18,636 nt of DNA from a virus. Its lineage: Duplodnaviria > Heunggongvirae > Uroviricota > Caudoviricetes. Under the pieces are notes generated by a model that did not search any database, was not told the DNA's origin, and was given only the letters and a program-made list of their open reading frames with translations. The translations under genes were made by a program, and so were the position numbers. Within the stretch, counting starts at the first letter, position 1; every line of letters starts with the position of its first letter. The stretch is from IMG/VR virus record IMGVR_UViG_2547132278_000016; one strand, written 5' to 3'. Shown here piece by piece: positions 8,318-15,747 of the stretch.

Positions 8318-8590
8318 TCATCTCGCCGTCAGTTGTTTTGATTTCCGGTAGCCTGCCGCGTAAATGGCTACGTTTGGCAGGCAAATACTTCCACTGCATT
8401 CATCTGCCTTCTTGCAGCGAAGGCTTCCGAGTGATGCTGCTTTGTCTGCTCTGACGCAACCAGAGAGCTTTAGCGCAATTTTTCGCGCCAGTCGCTGTTC
8501 TTGCATTGCCTGCTCACGTTGAGCCTGTCTGCGTGCTCTGCGGCGATTTCTGGCGTTATTGTCAGCCAGATATGTAATGACTACTGCCAT
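8318..8590 (-). CDS. N-like transcription antiterminator (P22 gp24 type)
   Basis: 90-aa ORF with arginine-rich motif NARNRRRARRQAQRE near the N-terminus and a C-terminus (…LPNVAIYAAGYRKSKQLTAR) resembling P22 gp24; GGAGG 6 nt upstream of the ATG; placed downstream of pL/nutL. Confidence 0.65.
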   Translation of the reverse strand: MAVVITYLADNNARNRRRARRQAQREQAMQEQRLARKIALKLSGCVRADKAASLGSLRCKKADECSGSICLPNVAIYAAGYRKSKQLTAR

Positions 8591-8698
8591 GTTGACCTCC
8601 GATGATTAACTTTGGCGGTGACGCGCCGGGTGCTTATCTTCCGGTTGCCGTCGTGCAGCTGCACTTCACGTCACCCCAAAGCCAACTACTCTTTGGTT

Positions 8699-8738
8699 CC
8701 CGCATTTCGGCGGGACAATCCCATCAATGTTAAAGAGC
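8699..8738 (-). promoter_or_regulatory. nutL: nutL: boxA (GCTCTTTAACA) and boxB hairpin (CCCGCCGAAATGCGGG) in transcript sense
   Basis: BoxA-like sequence followed by a 5-bp-stem hairpin that is identical to the one downstream of cro. Confidence 0.6.
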
Positions 8739-8770
8739 CTGCCAATCTGTTCCGTTTGGCTACCAGCGTC

Positions 8771-8862
8771 CTGCCGATGACTTAAATTTAAGATTTCTTT
8801 AACTATTGGTCAAGAGTGTTTTTGAAGAAAACTTAAATTTTGTTGCGAAGCTTAAGTTTTGC
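8771..8862 (-). promoter_or_regulatory. OL operators and pL promoter (TTGACC-17 nt-TAAATT on the - strand, about 8775-8803)
   Basis: Palindromic CTTAAATTTAAG and ACTTAAA…CTTAAGT operator-like repeats resembling those at OR; good -35/-10 match reading leftward toward nutL and N. Confidence 0.55.
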
Positions 8863-8880
8863 TTTGATTTTTAAAGGAAA

Positions 8881-8902
8881 GAAAAAAAGGGGCGAATGCC
8901 CC
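8881..8902 (-). terminator. Intrinsic terminator immediately after the repressor gene
   Basis: GGGGCATTCGCCCC hairpin followed by TTTTTTTC on the - strand, directly after the c2 stop codon. Confidence 0.7.
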
Positions 8903-9553
8903 TTATGGAAGGTTTGCTATTTTTGCATCGACAACTACACCGATGATTTTGCAGTTCCCGTTGATCTCAATCATCGGATATTGTGGGTTAAGTGGTTTTA
9001 GAAACCTTCTGCCAGCATCAATAACTAACTTCTTGAAAGTTGCCTCGTTTTCTCCTTCGAGCTTTGCCACTACCAGCTTCCCATTACGAGGTTCTACTTC
9101 AGGATCGACTAGTATTATCATCCCTTCCGGGATGCTAAGACCGGCTGGAGCCGTCATCGAATCACCCTTTACGTCCAGCCAAAACGAATCTTCTGAACAA
9201 TCTACGGTTGTATCGTACCAGTTATCTATTGCACGCTTATGATATGGCTCTACAGCTTCCATCCAACATCCTGCGCTTACCCAACTAATTAGAGGATACG
9301 AACCTCTTGGATCATGCCTGCTGTGATAGGCAATGTTTGAAAGACTATCTTCTCCTTTCAACAAGTAATCAGGGGAGCACTGTAAAGCCTTGGCTAAAGC
9401 CAATAGGTTTTCGCCATTGGGCTCAGTTTCAGAACGCTCCCATTGGGAAATAGCAACATTAGACACGCCAACCATCTTGCCGAGGGCAGCCTGCCTAATC
9501 TTAAGTTCTTTTCTGCGAGCGCGAATACGCTCACCCATCAGTTGTGTATTCAT
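8903..9553 (-). CDS. c2: Prophage repressor, P22 C2 type (LexA-like HTH plus S24 peptidase domain)
   Basis: 216-aa translation MNTQLMGERIRARRKELKIRQAALGKMVGVSNVAISQWERSETEPNGENLLALAKALQCSPDYLLKG… near-identical to remembered P22 C2. Confidence 0.95.
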   Translation of the reverse strand: MNTQLMGERIRARRKELKIRQAALGKMVGVSNVAISQWERSETEPNGENLLALAKALQCSPDYLLKGEDSLSNIAYHSRHDPRGSYPLISWVSAGCWMEAVEPYHKRAIDNWYDTTVDCSEDSFWLDVKGDSMTAPAGLSIPEGMIILVDPEVEPRNGKLVVAKLEGENEATFKKLVIDAGRRFLKPLNPQYPMIEINGNCKIIGVVVDAKIANLP

Positions 9554-9554
9554 A

Positions 9555-9630
9555 GTTAAGACATCTTAAATAAACTTGACTTAAGATTCCTTTGATAGAT
9601 AATTTAAGTGTTCTTTAATTTCGGGGCGAG
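9555..9630. promoter_or_regulatory. OR operator region with divergent pR and pRM promoters
   Basis: Three operator-like palindromic elements (AGTTAAGACATCTTAAAT, ACTTGACTTAAGAT, TAATTTAAGTGTTCTTTAATT) between divergent c2 and cro; TTGACT and GATAAT hexamers reading toward cro. Confidence 0.6.
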
Positions 9631-9633
9631 TCT

Positions 9634-9819
9634 ATGTACAAGAAAGATGTTATCGACCACTTCGGAACCCAGCGTGCGGTAGCTAAAGCGTTAGGCATTA
9701 GCGATGCAGCAGTCTCTCAGTGGAAGGAAGTCATCCCAGAGAAAGACGCCTATCGACTGGAAGTCGTTACAGCTGGCGCCCTGAAGTATCAAGAAAGTGC
9801 TTATCGCAAAGCGGCATAA
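9634..9819 (+). CDS. cro: Cro, P22 type
   Basis: 61-aa translation MYKKDVIDHFGTQRAVAKALGISDAAVSQWKEVIPEKDAYRLEVVTAGALKYQESAYRKAA matches remembered P22 Cro. Confidence 0.9.
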   Translation: MYKKDVIDHFGTQRAVAKALGISDAAVSQWKEVIPEKDAYRLEVVTAGALKYQESAYRKAA

Positions 9820-9824
9820 GCAAA

Positions 9825-9868
9825 TTGCTCTTTAACAGTCATGGTCCTTATTCCCGCCGAAATGCGGG
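9825..9868 (+). promoter_or_regulatory. nutR: nutR: boxA (TGCTCTTTAACA) and boxB hairpin CCCGCCGAAATGCGGG
   Basis: Same boxA/boxB pair as nutL, directly downstream of cro. Confidence 0.6.
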
Positions 9869-9927
9869 AATACAACGCGCATCAGTTGGTGCGTATAACT
9901 TCTTATTTGTTAAGGAAATACTTACAT

Positions 9928-10206
9928 ATGCAACTTACAAGTACTCGCAAGAAAGCGAATGCAATCACAAGCAACATCCTGAATCGAATTGCTGTACGTG
10001 GTCAGCGAAAGGTTGCTGATGCATTAGGGATTAATGAATCGCAAATTTCGCGATGGAAAGACAGCTTTATCCCAAAGATGGCCATGCTTCTGGCTGTGCT
10101 GGAGTGGGGTGTTGAAGACGAGGAATTAGCAAAGCTAGCAAAGAAAGTAGCCATGGTGCTGACAAAAGAAAAGCCTCAAGACTGCTGCAACAGTTTTGAG
10201 GCCTGA
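9928..10206 (+). CDS. c1: CII-like transcriptional activator (P22 C1 type)
   Basis: Start at ATG 9928 with AAGGA upstream (MQLTSTRKKANAITSNILNRIAVRGQRKVADALGINESQISRWK…); HTH and the LLAVLEWGV motif shared with lambda CII; the track ORF from 9841 is an upstream extension. Confidence 0.8.
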   Translation: MQLTSTRKKANAITSNILNRIAVRGQRKVADALGINESQISRWKDSFIPKMAMLLAVLEWGVEDEELAKLAKKVAMVLTKEKPQDCCNSFEA

Positions 10207-10240
10207 TGTAGAAAGACTGGATCAATCCACAGGAGTCATT

Positions 10241-11140
10241 ATGACAAATACAGCAAAAATACTCAACTTCGGCAGAGGTAACTTTGCCGGACAGGAGCGT
10301 AATGTGGCAGATCTCGATGATGGTTACGCCAGACTATCAAATATGCTGCTTGAGGCTTATTCAGGCGCAGATCTGACCAAGCGACAGTTTAAAGTGCTGC
10401 TTGCCATTCTGCGTAAAACCTATGGGTGGAATAAACCAATGGACAGAATCACCGATTCTCAACTTAGCGAGATTACAAAGTTACCTGTCAAACGGTGCAA
10501 TGAAGCCAAGTTAGAACTCGTCAGAATGAATATTATCAAGCAGCAAGGCGGCATGTTTGGACCAAATAAAAACATCTCAGAATGGTGTATCCCTCAAAAC
10601 GAGGGAAAATCCCCTAAAACGAGGGATAAAACATCCCTCAAATTGGGGGATTGCTATCCCTCAAAACAGGGGGACACAAAAGACACTATTACAAAAGAAA
10701 AAAGAAAAGATTATTCGTCCGAGAATTCTGGCGAATCCTCTGACCAGCCAGAAAACGATCTTTCTGTGGTTAAACCGGATGCTGCAATTCAGAGCGGCAG
10801 TAAGTGGGGAACAGCAGAAGACCTGACCGCCGCAGAGTGGATGTTTGACATGGTGAAGACCATCGCGCCATCAGCCAGAAAACCGAATTTTGCTGGGTGG
10901 GCTAACGATATCCGCCTGATGCGTGAACGTGACGGACGTAACCACCGCGATATGTGTGTGCTTTTCCGCTGGGCCTGCCAGGACAACTTCTGGTCCGGTA
11001 ACGTGCTGAGTCCGGCCAAACTCCGCGACAAGTGGACCCAGCTCGAAATCAACCGTAACAAGCAACAGGCTGGCGTGACAGCCGGAAAACCAAAACTCGA
11101 CCTGACAAACACTGACTGGATTTACGGGGTGGATCTATGA
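10241..11140 (+). CDS. O: Replication initiator O (lambda type)
   Basis: Translation from ATG 10241 (AGGAGT upstream) MTNTAKILNFGRGNFAGQERNVADLDDGYARLSNMLLEAY… matches lambda O; contains the ori iterons. Confidence 0.95.
   Translation: MTNTAKILNFGRGNFAGQERNVADLDDGYARLSNMLLEAYSGADLTKRQFKVLLAILRKTYGWNKPMDRITDSQLSEITKLPVKRCNEAKLELVRMNIIKQQGGMFGPNKNISEWCIPQNEGKSPKTRDKTSLKLGDCYPSKQGDTKDTITKEKRKDYSSENSGESSDQPENDLSVVKPDAAIQSGSKWGTAEDLTAAEWMFDMVKTIAPSARKPNFAGWANDIRLMRERDGRNHRDMCVLFRWACQDNFWSGNVLSPAKLRDKWTQLEINRNKQQAGVTAGKPKLDLTNTDWIYGVDL
10589..10720. repeat. ori: ori-lambda: four ~19-bp iterons (O-binding sites) followed by an AT-rich unwinding region
   Basis: Direct repeats ATCCCTCAAAACGAGGGAA / AATCCCCTAAAACGAGGGATAA / CATCCCTCAAATTGGGGGA / TATCCCTCAAAACAGGGGGA, then AAAGACACTATTACAAAAGAAAAAAGAAAAGATTATTCG. 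Confidence 0.85.
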
Positions 11141-11838
11141 AAAACATCGCCGCACAGATGGTTAACTTTGACCGTGAGCAGATGCGTCGGATCGCCAACA
11201 ACATGCCGGAACAGTACGACGAAAAGCCACAGGTACAGCAGGTAGCGCAGATCATCAACGGTGTGTTCAGCCAGTTACTGGCAACTTTCCCGGCGAGTCT
11301 GGCTAACCGTGACCAGAACGAACTGAACGAAATCCGCCGCCAGTGGGTTCTGGCTTTCCGGGAAAACGGGATCACCACAATGGAACAGGTTAACGCAGGA
11401 ATGCGCGTAGCCCGTCGGCAGAACCGACCATTCCTGCCATCACCCGGGCAGTTTGTTGCATGGTGCCGGGAAGAAGCATCCGTTATCGCCGGACTGCCAA
11501 ACGTCAGCGAGCTGGTTGATATGGTTTACGAGTATTGCCGGAAGCGAGGCCTGTATCCGGATGCGGAGTCTTATCCGTGGAAATCAAACGCGCACTACTG
11601 GCTGGTTACCAACCTGTATCAGAACATGCGGGCCAATGCGCTTACTGATGCGGAATTACGCCGTAAGGCCGCAGATGAGCTTGTCCATATGACTGCGAGA
11701 ATTAACCGTGGTGAGGCGATCCCTGAACCAGTAAAACAACTTCCTGTCATGGGCGGTAGACCTCTAAATCGTGCACAGGCTCTGGCGAAGATCGCAGAAA
11801 TTAAAGCTAAGTTCGGACTGAAAGGAGCAAGTGTATGA
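11137..11838 (+). CDS. P: Replication protein P (DnaB helicase loader)
   Basis: 233-aa translation MKNIAAQMVNFDREQMRRIANNMPEQYDEKPQVQQVAQIINGVF… matches lambda P; ATGA overlap with the O stop. Confidence 0.95.
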   Translation: MKNIAAQMVNFDREQMRRIANNMPEQYDEKPQVQQVAQIINGVFSQLLATFPASLANRDQNELNEIRRQWVLAFRENGITTMEQVNAGMRVARRQNRPFLPSPGQFVAWCREEASVIAGLPNVSELVDMVYEYCRKRGLYPDAESYPWKSNAHYWLVTNLYQNMRANALTDAELRRKAADELVHMTARINRGEAIPEPVKQLPVMGGRPLNRAQALAKIAEIKAKFGLKGASV

Positions 11839-12008
11839 TGGGCAAAGAGGCAATTATTCATTACCTGGGGACGCACAAGAGCTTCTGTGCGCCGGACGTT
11901 GCTGCGACAACAGGTGTGACATTAACCAGCATAAATCAGGCTGCGGCAAAAATGGCGCGGGCAGGAATCCTGGTCATTGATGGTAAGGTCTGGCGAACGT
12001 TTGTTTAA
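11835..12008 (+). CDS. ren: Ren-like protein, C-terminally truncated (57 aa)
   Basis: Hand translation MMGKEAIIHYLGTHKSFCAPDVAATTGVTLTSINQAAAKMARAGILVIDGKVWRTFV* resembles the N-terminal half of lambda Ren (~96 aa); similarity ends near 12000. Confidence 0.6.
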   Translation: MMGKEAIIHYLGTHKSFCAPDVAATTGVTLTSINQAAAKMARAGILVIDGKVWRTFV

Positions 12009-12154
12009 CGGTTAGCTACTCAGGATGATAGGGCGGGGCAAGTGAGTATGAAGCGGATTTTCAGGAATGCCATCAGAGTTTGGAAATAAAGTGGGTTTTC
12101 TAGTGGCAAGAGACTTGATAATATTTAGTTCTTTGAATCCAAGGAGATAGGGTT

Positions 12155-12650
12155 ATGAGAAAATTTATTTTAGCCTTTGTTATAAGTGCCTCGTTTACAG
12201 CAAATGCTGGTGTAGAGAAGTTAGGGCCGTGGATAACAAAGTCTGAGATAAATAAAATGACTGACCAGACTGACTTTGTGGCCCTTAATTTATCACCAGA
12301 TTCATATAACAAAGCAGGTACTGATCGTGCAACTTCACTGGTGTTGCGTTGTAGTGATAACAAAACAGATGCCTATTTATCATTCAATGATTATATGGGT
12401 TCGGACAACCCAAGAATTACAGTGCGGTTAGATGGGCGGAAAGCCGGTCAAGAGTGTTTGGGGAGGTGGGGAAGGCGGTGATTCTGCATTTGCTCCACAA
12501 CCAATACAATTTATAAAGACCTTGGCTAAGCATAAAAAAGCTATTTTTGGGTTTGAACCTTATGGATCAACTATGCAAGTAGTTGAGTTTGACTTGTCTG
12601 AGATTGATAAGGTTGTGGAAAAAATTTCACAGTCTTGCAATTGGAAATGA
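12155..12650 (+). pseudogene. Secreted/periplasmic hypothetical protein gene split by an apparent frameshift (ORFs 12155-12481 and 12432-12650)
   Basis: AAGGAGA RBS then ATG 12155; signal peptide MRKFILAFVISASFTANA; reading frame ends in a G-rich stretch (GGGGAGGTGGGGAAGGCGG) while an overlapping frame continues to 12650. Confidence 0.5.
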
Positions 12651-12667
12651 CAAAAAAATTTCATATG

Positions 12668-12695
12668 AACCCAGTTTGCGCTGGGTTTTTTATTT
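12668..12695 (+). terminator. Intrinsic terminator
   Basis: Stem AACCCAG/CTGGGTT (loop TTTGCG) followed by TTTTTTATTT, about 20 bp after the stop at 12650. Confidence 0.6.
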
Positions 12696-13279
12696 CAGTA
12701 GCCAATAATGCATTCAAAATCTCTTACTTGAGAAACGGCCTATTTGAGATTTCAGTCGTGGCAGGATGATCAGTTGATTCGAGTATTGACGCATTTGCGT
12801 TCGGAGCGATTACAGTAGATTGTAAATAATAATGAGAAACACATAGCCACCCCGTGGTATTGAAACCATATAATGTTGGATTTGAAAACAGATCTTTTCC
12901 CATGTATTAATAACTACATCCCCGCGAGTGATTCAAAAAGGAGGGCCCAATTTTGTCCGAGTTTTTGTATTCCCCCGCATGCCGCTGCGGAGCACTACAT
13001 CTGAGTGTCTGACTAGGGGATAAAATTAGACTGGATAGTGAGAAGAAAGTGGCGCGCTAGGCTGTGCCGAGTGCTACCAGTACACCTTGGGGGTGTGCAG
13101 CTTTCGCCGAGACTGTAGTGGGTATCGGTTAATGCACGAAAAACCGAGAGGTCAGACAACCAATTTGCCGTAGGATTGTTTCCGGTGCGATACCGGTCTA
13201 CTAACTGAAAGCAATGCGAAAAAGCATAAACTCGGTCCTTCAGTCGCCCTACACACTATTTACTAAGAAGGGCTGAAGC

Positions 13280-13479
13280 ATGGATACAATTATTACATGG
13301 ATGGGAGATCGTCTGTTGGGGGGACACAAAAATCCGATCTGCGGCAGATGGCGATCACTGGATTAACTTCCGCGATTTGTTCAACAATTTTGTACACTGA
13401 AAAATTAAAACATGGTGAGCCTATTAACCCAAACGAAGAAGAAAAACTTTATAGGCTTTGGTATGAAGGAAACGCTTGA
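13280..13479 (+). CDS. Small hypothetical ORF with a G6 tract separating the RBS-linked start frame from the long frame (possible pseudogene or frameshift-prone gene)
   Basis: AGAAGGG then ATG at 13280 (MDTIITWMGDRLLGG…, stops after 28 codons); track ORF 13297-13479 is in another frame; the two frames meet at GGGGGG 13318-13323. Confidence 0.3.
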
Positions 13480-13685
13480 AAGAATAAAGCACAATTAAAA
13501 CCTTTGATTTGCGATAATCAACTTGCCATAATTAAGTAATCGGAGTCTGAACAACTCCGGTGACTTCTGCGCTAAACGGGGACGTTTATGCGCACATACA
13601 ATCCAAACTATCTTCTCCTTTCACAGATGCAGAAATGCACCTGCAATTCTTTGCATCTAGCGTTTGACCTCTGCGGAGGTGAAGC

Positions 13686-14141
13686 GTGAACCTCCCACAA
13701 GACGGCATCAAATTACATCGCGGCAACTTCACCGCTATCGGCCAGCAGATCCAGCCTTATCTGGAGGAAGGCAAATGCTTTCGCATGGTGCTTAAACCGT
13801 GGTGCGAGAGACGCAGTCTTTCCCAGAATGCACTCAGCCACATGTGGTACAGCGAAATCAGTGAATACCTCATCAGCAGGGGTAAAACGTTCGCCACTCC
13901 AGCTTGGGTAAAAGATGCTCTCAAACACACATATCTCGGTTATGAAACCAAAGACCTGGTTGATGTCGTAACCGGTGATATCACCACTATCCAGTCGTTA
14001 CGCCATACCTCCGATCTTGATACCGGAGAGATGTATGTCTTCCTGTGTAAGGTTGAAGCCTGGGCGATGAATATTGGTTGCCACCTGACTATTCCACAGA
14101 GCTGCGAGTTCCAGCTGCTGCGCGACAAGCAGGAGGCGTAA
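13686..14141 (+). CDS. ybcN: YbcN-like protein (151 aa), nin-region gene as in DLP12
   Basis: 151-aa ORF, GTG start with GGAGGTG upstream; sequence and size match remembered E. coli YbcN. Confidence 0.8.
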   Translation: MNLPQDGIKLHRGNFTAIGQQIQPYLEEGKCFRMVLKPWCERRSLSQNALSHMWYSEISEYLISRGKTFATPAWVKDALKHTYLGYETKDLVDVVTGDITTIQSLRHTSDLDTGEMYVFLCKVEAWAMNIGCHLTIPQSCEFQLLRDKQEA

Positions 14142-14311
14142 TGGCTACACCGCTTATTCGTGTCATGAACGGACACATCTACAGAGTACCAAATCGTCGT
14201 AAGCGTAAACCTGAGCTGAAGCCATCCGAAATACCAACACTGCTCGGATATACCGCCAGCCTGGTTGATAAAAAATGGTTGCGACTGGCAGCAAGGAGGA
14301 GTCATGGCTGA
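14141..14311 (+). CDS. ninE: NinE-like protein (56 aa)
   Basis: [65 protein letters not shown]; start overlaps the ybcN stop (TAATG). Confidence 0.8.
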   Translation: MATPLIRVMNGHIYRVPNRRKRKPELKPSEIPTLLGYTASLVDKKWLRLAARRSHG

Positions 14312-14594
14312 TTTGAGAAAAGCAGCGCGTGGTCGGGAATGCCAGGTAAGAATCCCTGGCGTATGTAATGGCAACCCTGAAACGTCTGTACTGGCACATA
14401 TCCGGCTGACTGGATTGTGCGGCACCGGTACGAAACCGCCAGACCTGATTGCCACCATTGCATGTTCTGCCTGCCACGACGAAATCGACCGCCGCACTCA
14501 TTTTGTCGATGCTGCATATGCAAAAGAATGCGCGCTGGAAGGTATGGCGAGAACACAGGTTATCTGGCTGAAAGAGGGGGTTATTAAGGCGTGA
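14304..14594 (+). CDS. ybcO: YbcO-like protein (DUF1364, Cys-rich putative nuclease)
   Basis: 96-aa ORF from ATG 14304 with AGGAGG upstream ([40 protein letters not shown]…CSACHDEID…). Confidence 0.8.
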   Translation: MADLRKAARGRECQVRIPGVCNGNPETSVLAHIRLTGLCGTGTKPPDLIATIACSACHDEIDRRTHFVDAAYAKECALEGMARTQVIWLKEGVIKA

Positions 14595-14953
14595 ATACCT
14601 ACAGCATCACATTACCCTGGCCTCCGAGCAATAATCGCTATTACCGCCATAATCGCGGGCGCACGCACGTCAGCGCAGAGGGGCAGGCATACCGCGATAA
14701 CGTCGCCCGAATCATTAAAAACGCAATGCTGGATATCGGCCTGGCTATGCCTGTGAAAATCCGCATTGAGTGCCACATGCCGGATCGCCGTCGCCGTGAC
14801 CTGGATAATCTGCAAAAAGCCGCTTTTGACGCACTCACTAAAGCAGGTTTCTGGCTGGATGATGCTCAGGTCGTTGATTACCGCGTTGTGAAGATGCCTG
14901 TTACCAAAGGTGGGAGGCTGGAACTGACCATCACCGAAATGGGGAATGAATGA
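14591..14953 (+). CDS. rusA: RusA Holliday junction resolvase
   Basis: 120-aa translation [48 protein letters not shown]… matches remembered RusA; GTG start. Confidence 0.9.
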   Translation: MNTYSITLPWPPSNNRYYRHNRGRTHVSAEGQAYRDNVARIIKNAMLDIGLAMPVKIRIECHMPDRRRRDLDNLQKAAFDALTKAGFWLDDAQVVDYRVVKMPVTKGGRLELTITEMGNE

Positions 14954-15090
14954 TGTTTGAGTTTTATATGGCAGAACGTCTTCGCCACCGCTGGGGGCGT
15001 CTGCGCTTATATCGTTTCCCCGGTTCTGTTTTGACCGATTACCGAATACTGAAGAATTACGCCAAAACCCTGACAGGAGCAGGAGTATGA
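14950..15090 (+). CDS. ylcG: YlcG-like small protein (46 aa)
   Basis: Hand translation [46 protein letters not shown]; overlaps the rusA stop; below the track cutoff. Confidence 0.5.
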   Translation: MMFEFYMAERLRHRWGRLRLYRFPGSVLTDYRILKNYAKTLTGAGV

Positions 15091-15175
15091 AGTCAGAGAT
15101 AACAATCAACTAATACTGTTTTGTTGATTTTTGCTTGTAATTGGCGTTCTGGTCTGATTTTTGTGGAGTAAGTTG

Positions 15176-15559
15176 ATGCGTGATATTCAGATGGTTCTTG
15201 AGCGTTGGGGAGCGTGGGCGGCTAATAATCATGAAGATGTGACCTGGTCGTCCATTGCCGCCGGTTTTAAGGGATTAATTACTTCAAAAGTAAAATCTCG
15301 CCCGCAATGTTGTGACGATGACGCGATGATCATTTGCGGGTGCATGGCCCGTCTGAAAAAGAACAACAGCGATTTGCACGATTTATTAGTAGATTATTAT
15401 GTAGTCGGTATGACATTCATGTCACTGGCAGGTAAGCATTGCTGCTCTGATGGTTATATCGGGAAAAGGTTACAGAAGGCTGAGGGCATAATTGAAGGGA
15501 TGTTAATGGCATTAGATATCCGGTTAGAGATGGATATCGTTGTTAATAACTCTAATTAA
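15176..15559 (+). CDS. quuD: Late-gene antiterminator Q (DLP12 QuuD-like)
   Basis: 127 aa from ATG 15176 with GGAGTAAG upstream ([26 protein letters not shown]…); sits between the nin block and the lysis genes. Confidence 0.8.
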   Translation: MRDIQMVLERWGAWAANNHEDVTWSSIAAGFKGLITSKVKSRPQCCDDDAMIICGCMARLKKNNSDLHDLLVDYYVVGMTFMSLAGKHCCSDGYIGKRLQKAEGIIEGMLMALDIRLEMDIVVNNSN

Positions 15560-15591
15560 TACGCCAATTATTTACTAAAAGTTATTAAAAA

Positions 15592-15732
15592 TGGGGCGTT
15601 GAAACGCCCCCAAAAATAAAGGGTAATATATAACAGAAGGTTTGTATAGTTAGAAGCAAGGTTGTGCTTCTAAAGGAAGTGGCTTGAGGGAGCCACTTAT
15701 ATGTTGGGGAGGCAAAGCCTCCCACAACATAT
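15592..15732. terminator. Cluster of four stem-loops between convergent Q and porin genes (probable terminators)
   Basis: GGGGCGTT-gaa-AACGCCCC (15592-15610); AGAAGCA…TGCTTCT; GTGGCT-tgaggg-AGCCAC; ~15-bp stem ATATGTTGGGGAGGC-aaa-GCCTCCCACAACATAT (15699-15732). Confidence 0.4.
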
Positions 15733-15747
15733 CTTTTAGTAATCAAA

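Noticed and set aside
9720-10019. 99-aa + strand ORF overlapping cro and the cII-like gene
   Set aside because: Out of frame with both recognised genes
10589-10680. Tandem direct repeats considered as a possible CRISPR-like array
   Set aside because: Only four ~19-bp repeats with no unique spacers, inside the O coding sequence; these are the ori-lambda iterons
10557-11378. ORFs overlapping O and P (89, 107, 64, 109 aa)
   Set aside because: Shadow ORFs within confidently identified replication genes; the iteron repeats create artificial open frames
12100-12363. 87-aa - strand ORF antisense to the secreted-protein gene
   Set aside because: The + strand gene has a strong RBS and signal peptide; the antisense frame has neither
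12700-13280. Possible tRNA or tmRNA in the ORF-free segment
   Set aside because: No T-loop (GGTTCGAATCC-type) or D-loop motifs and no cloverleaf-compatible arrangement found by eye; kept only as a generic ncRNA candidate
13713-14556. - strand ORFs (71, 185, 112, 84 aa) antisense to ybcN-ninE-ybcO
   Set aside because: Antisense to a tightly coupled nin operon with overlapping stop-start junctions; no independent support
14612-15109. 165-aa and 65-aa - strand ORFs antisense to rusA
   Set aside because: RusA matches the known protein full length; antisense frames are artefacts
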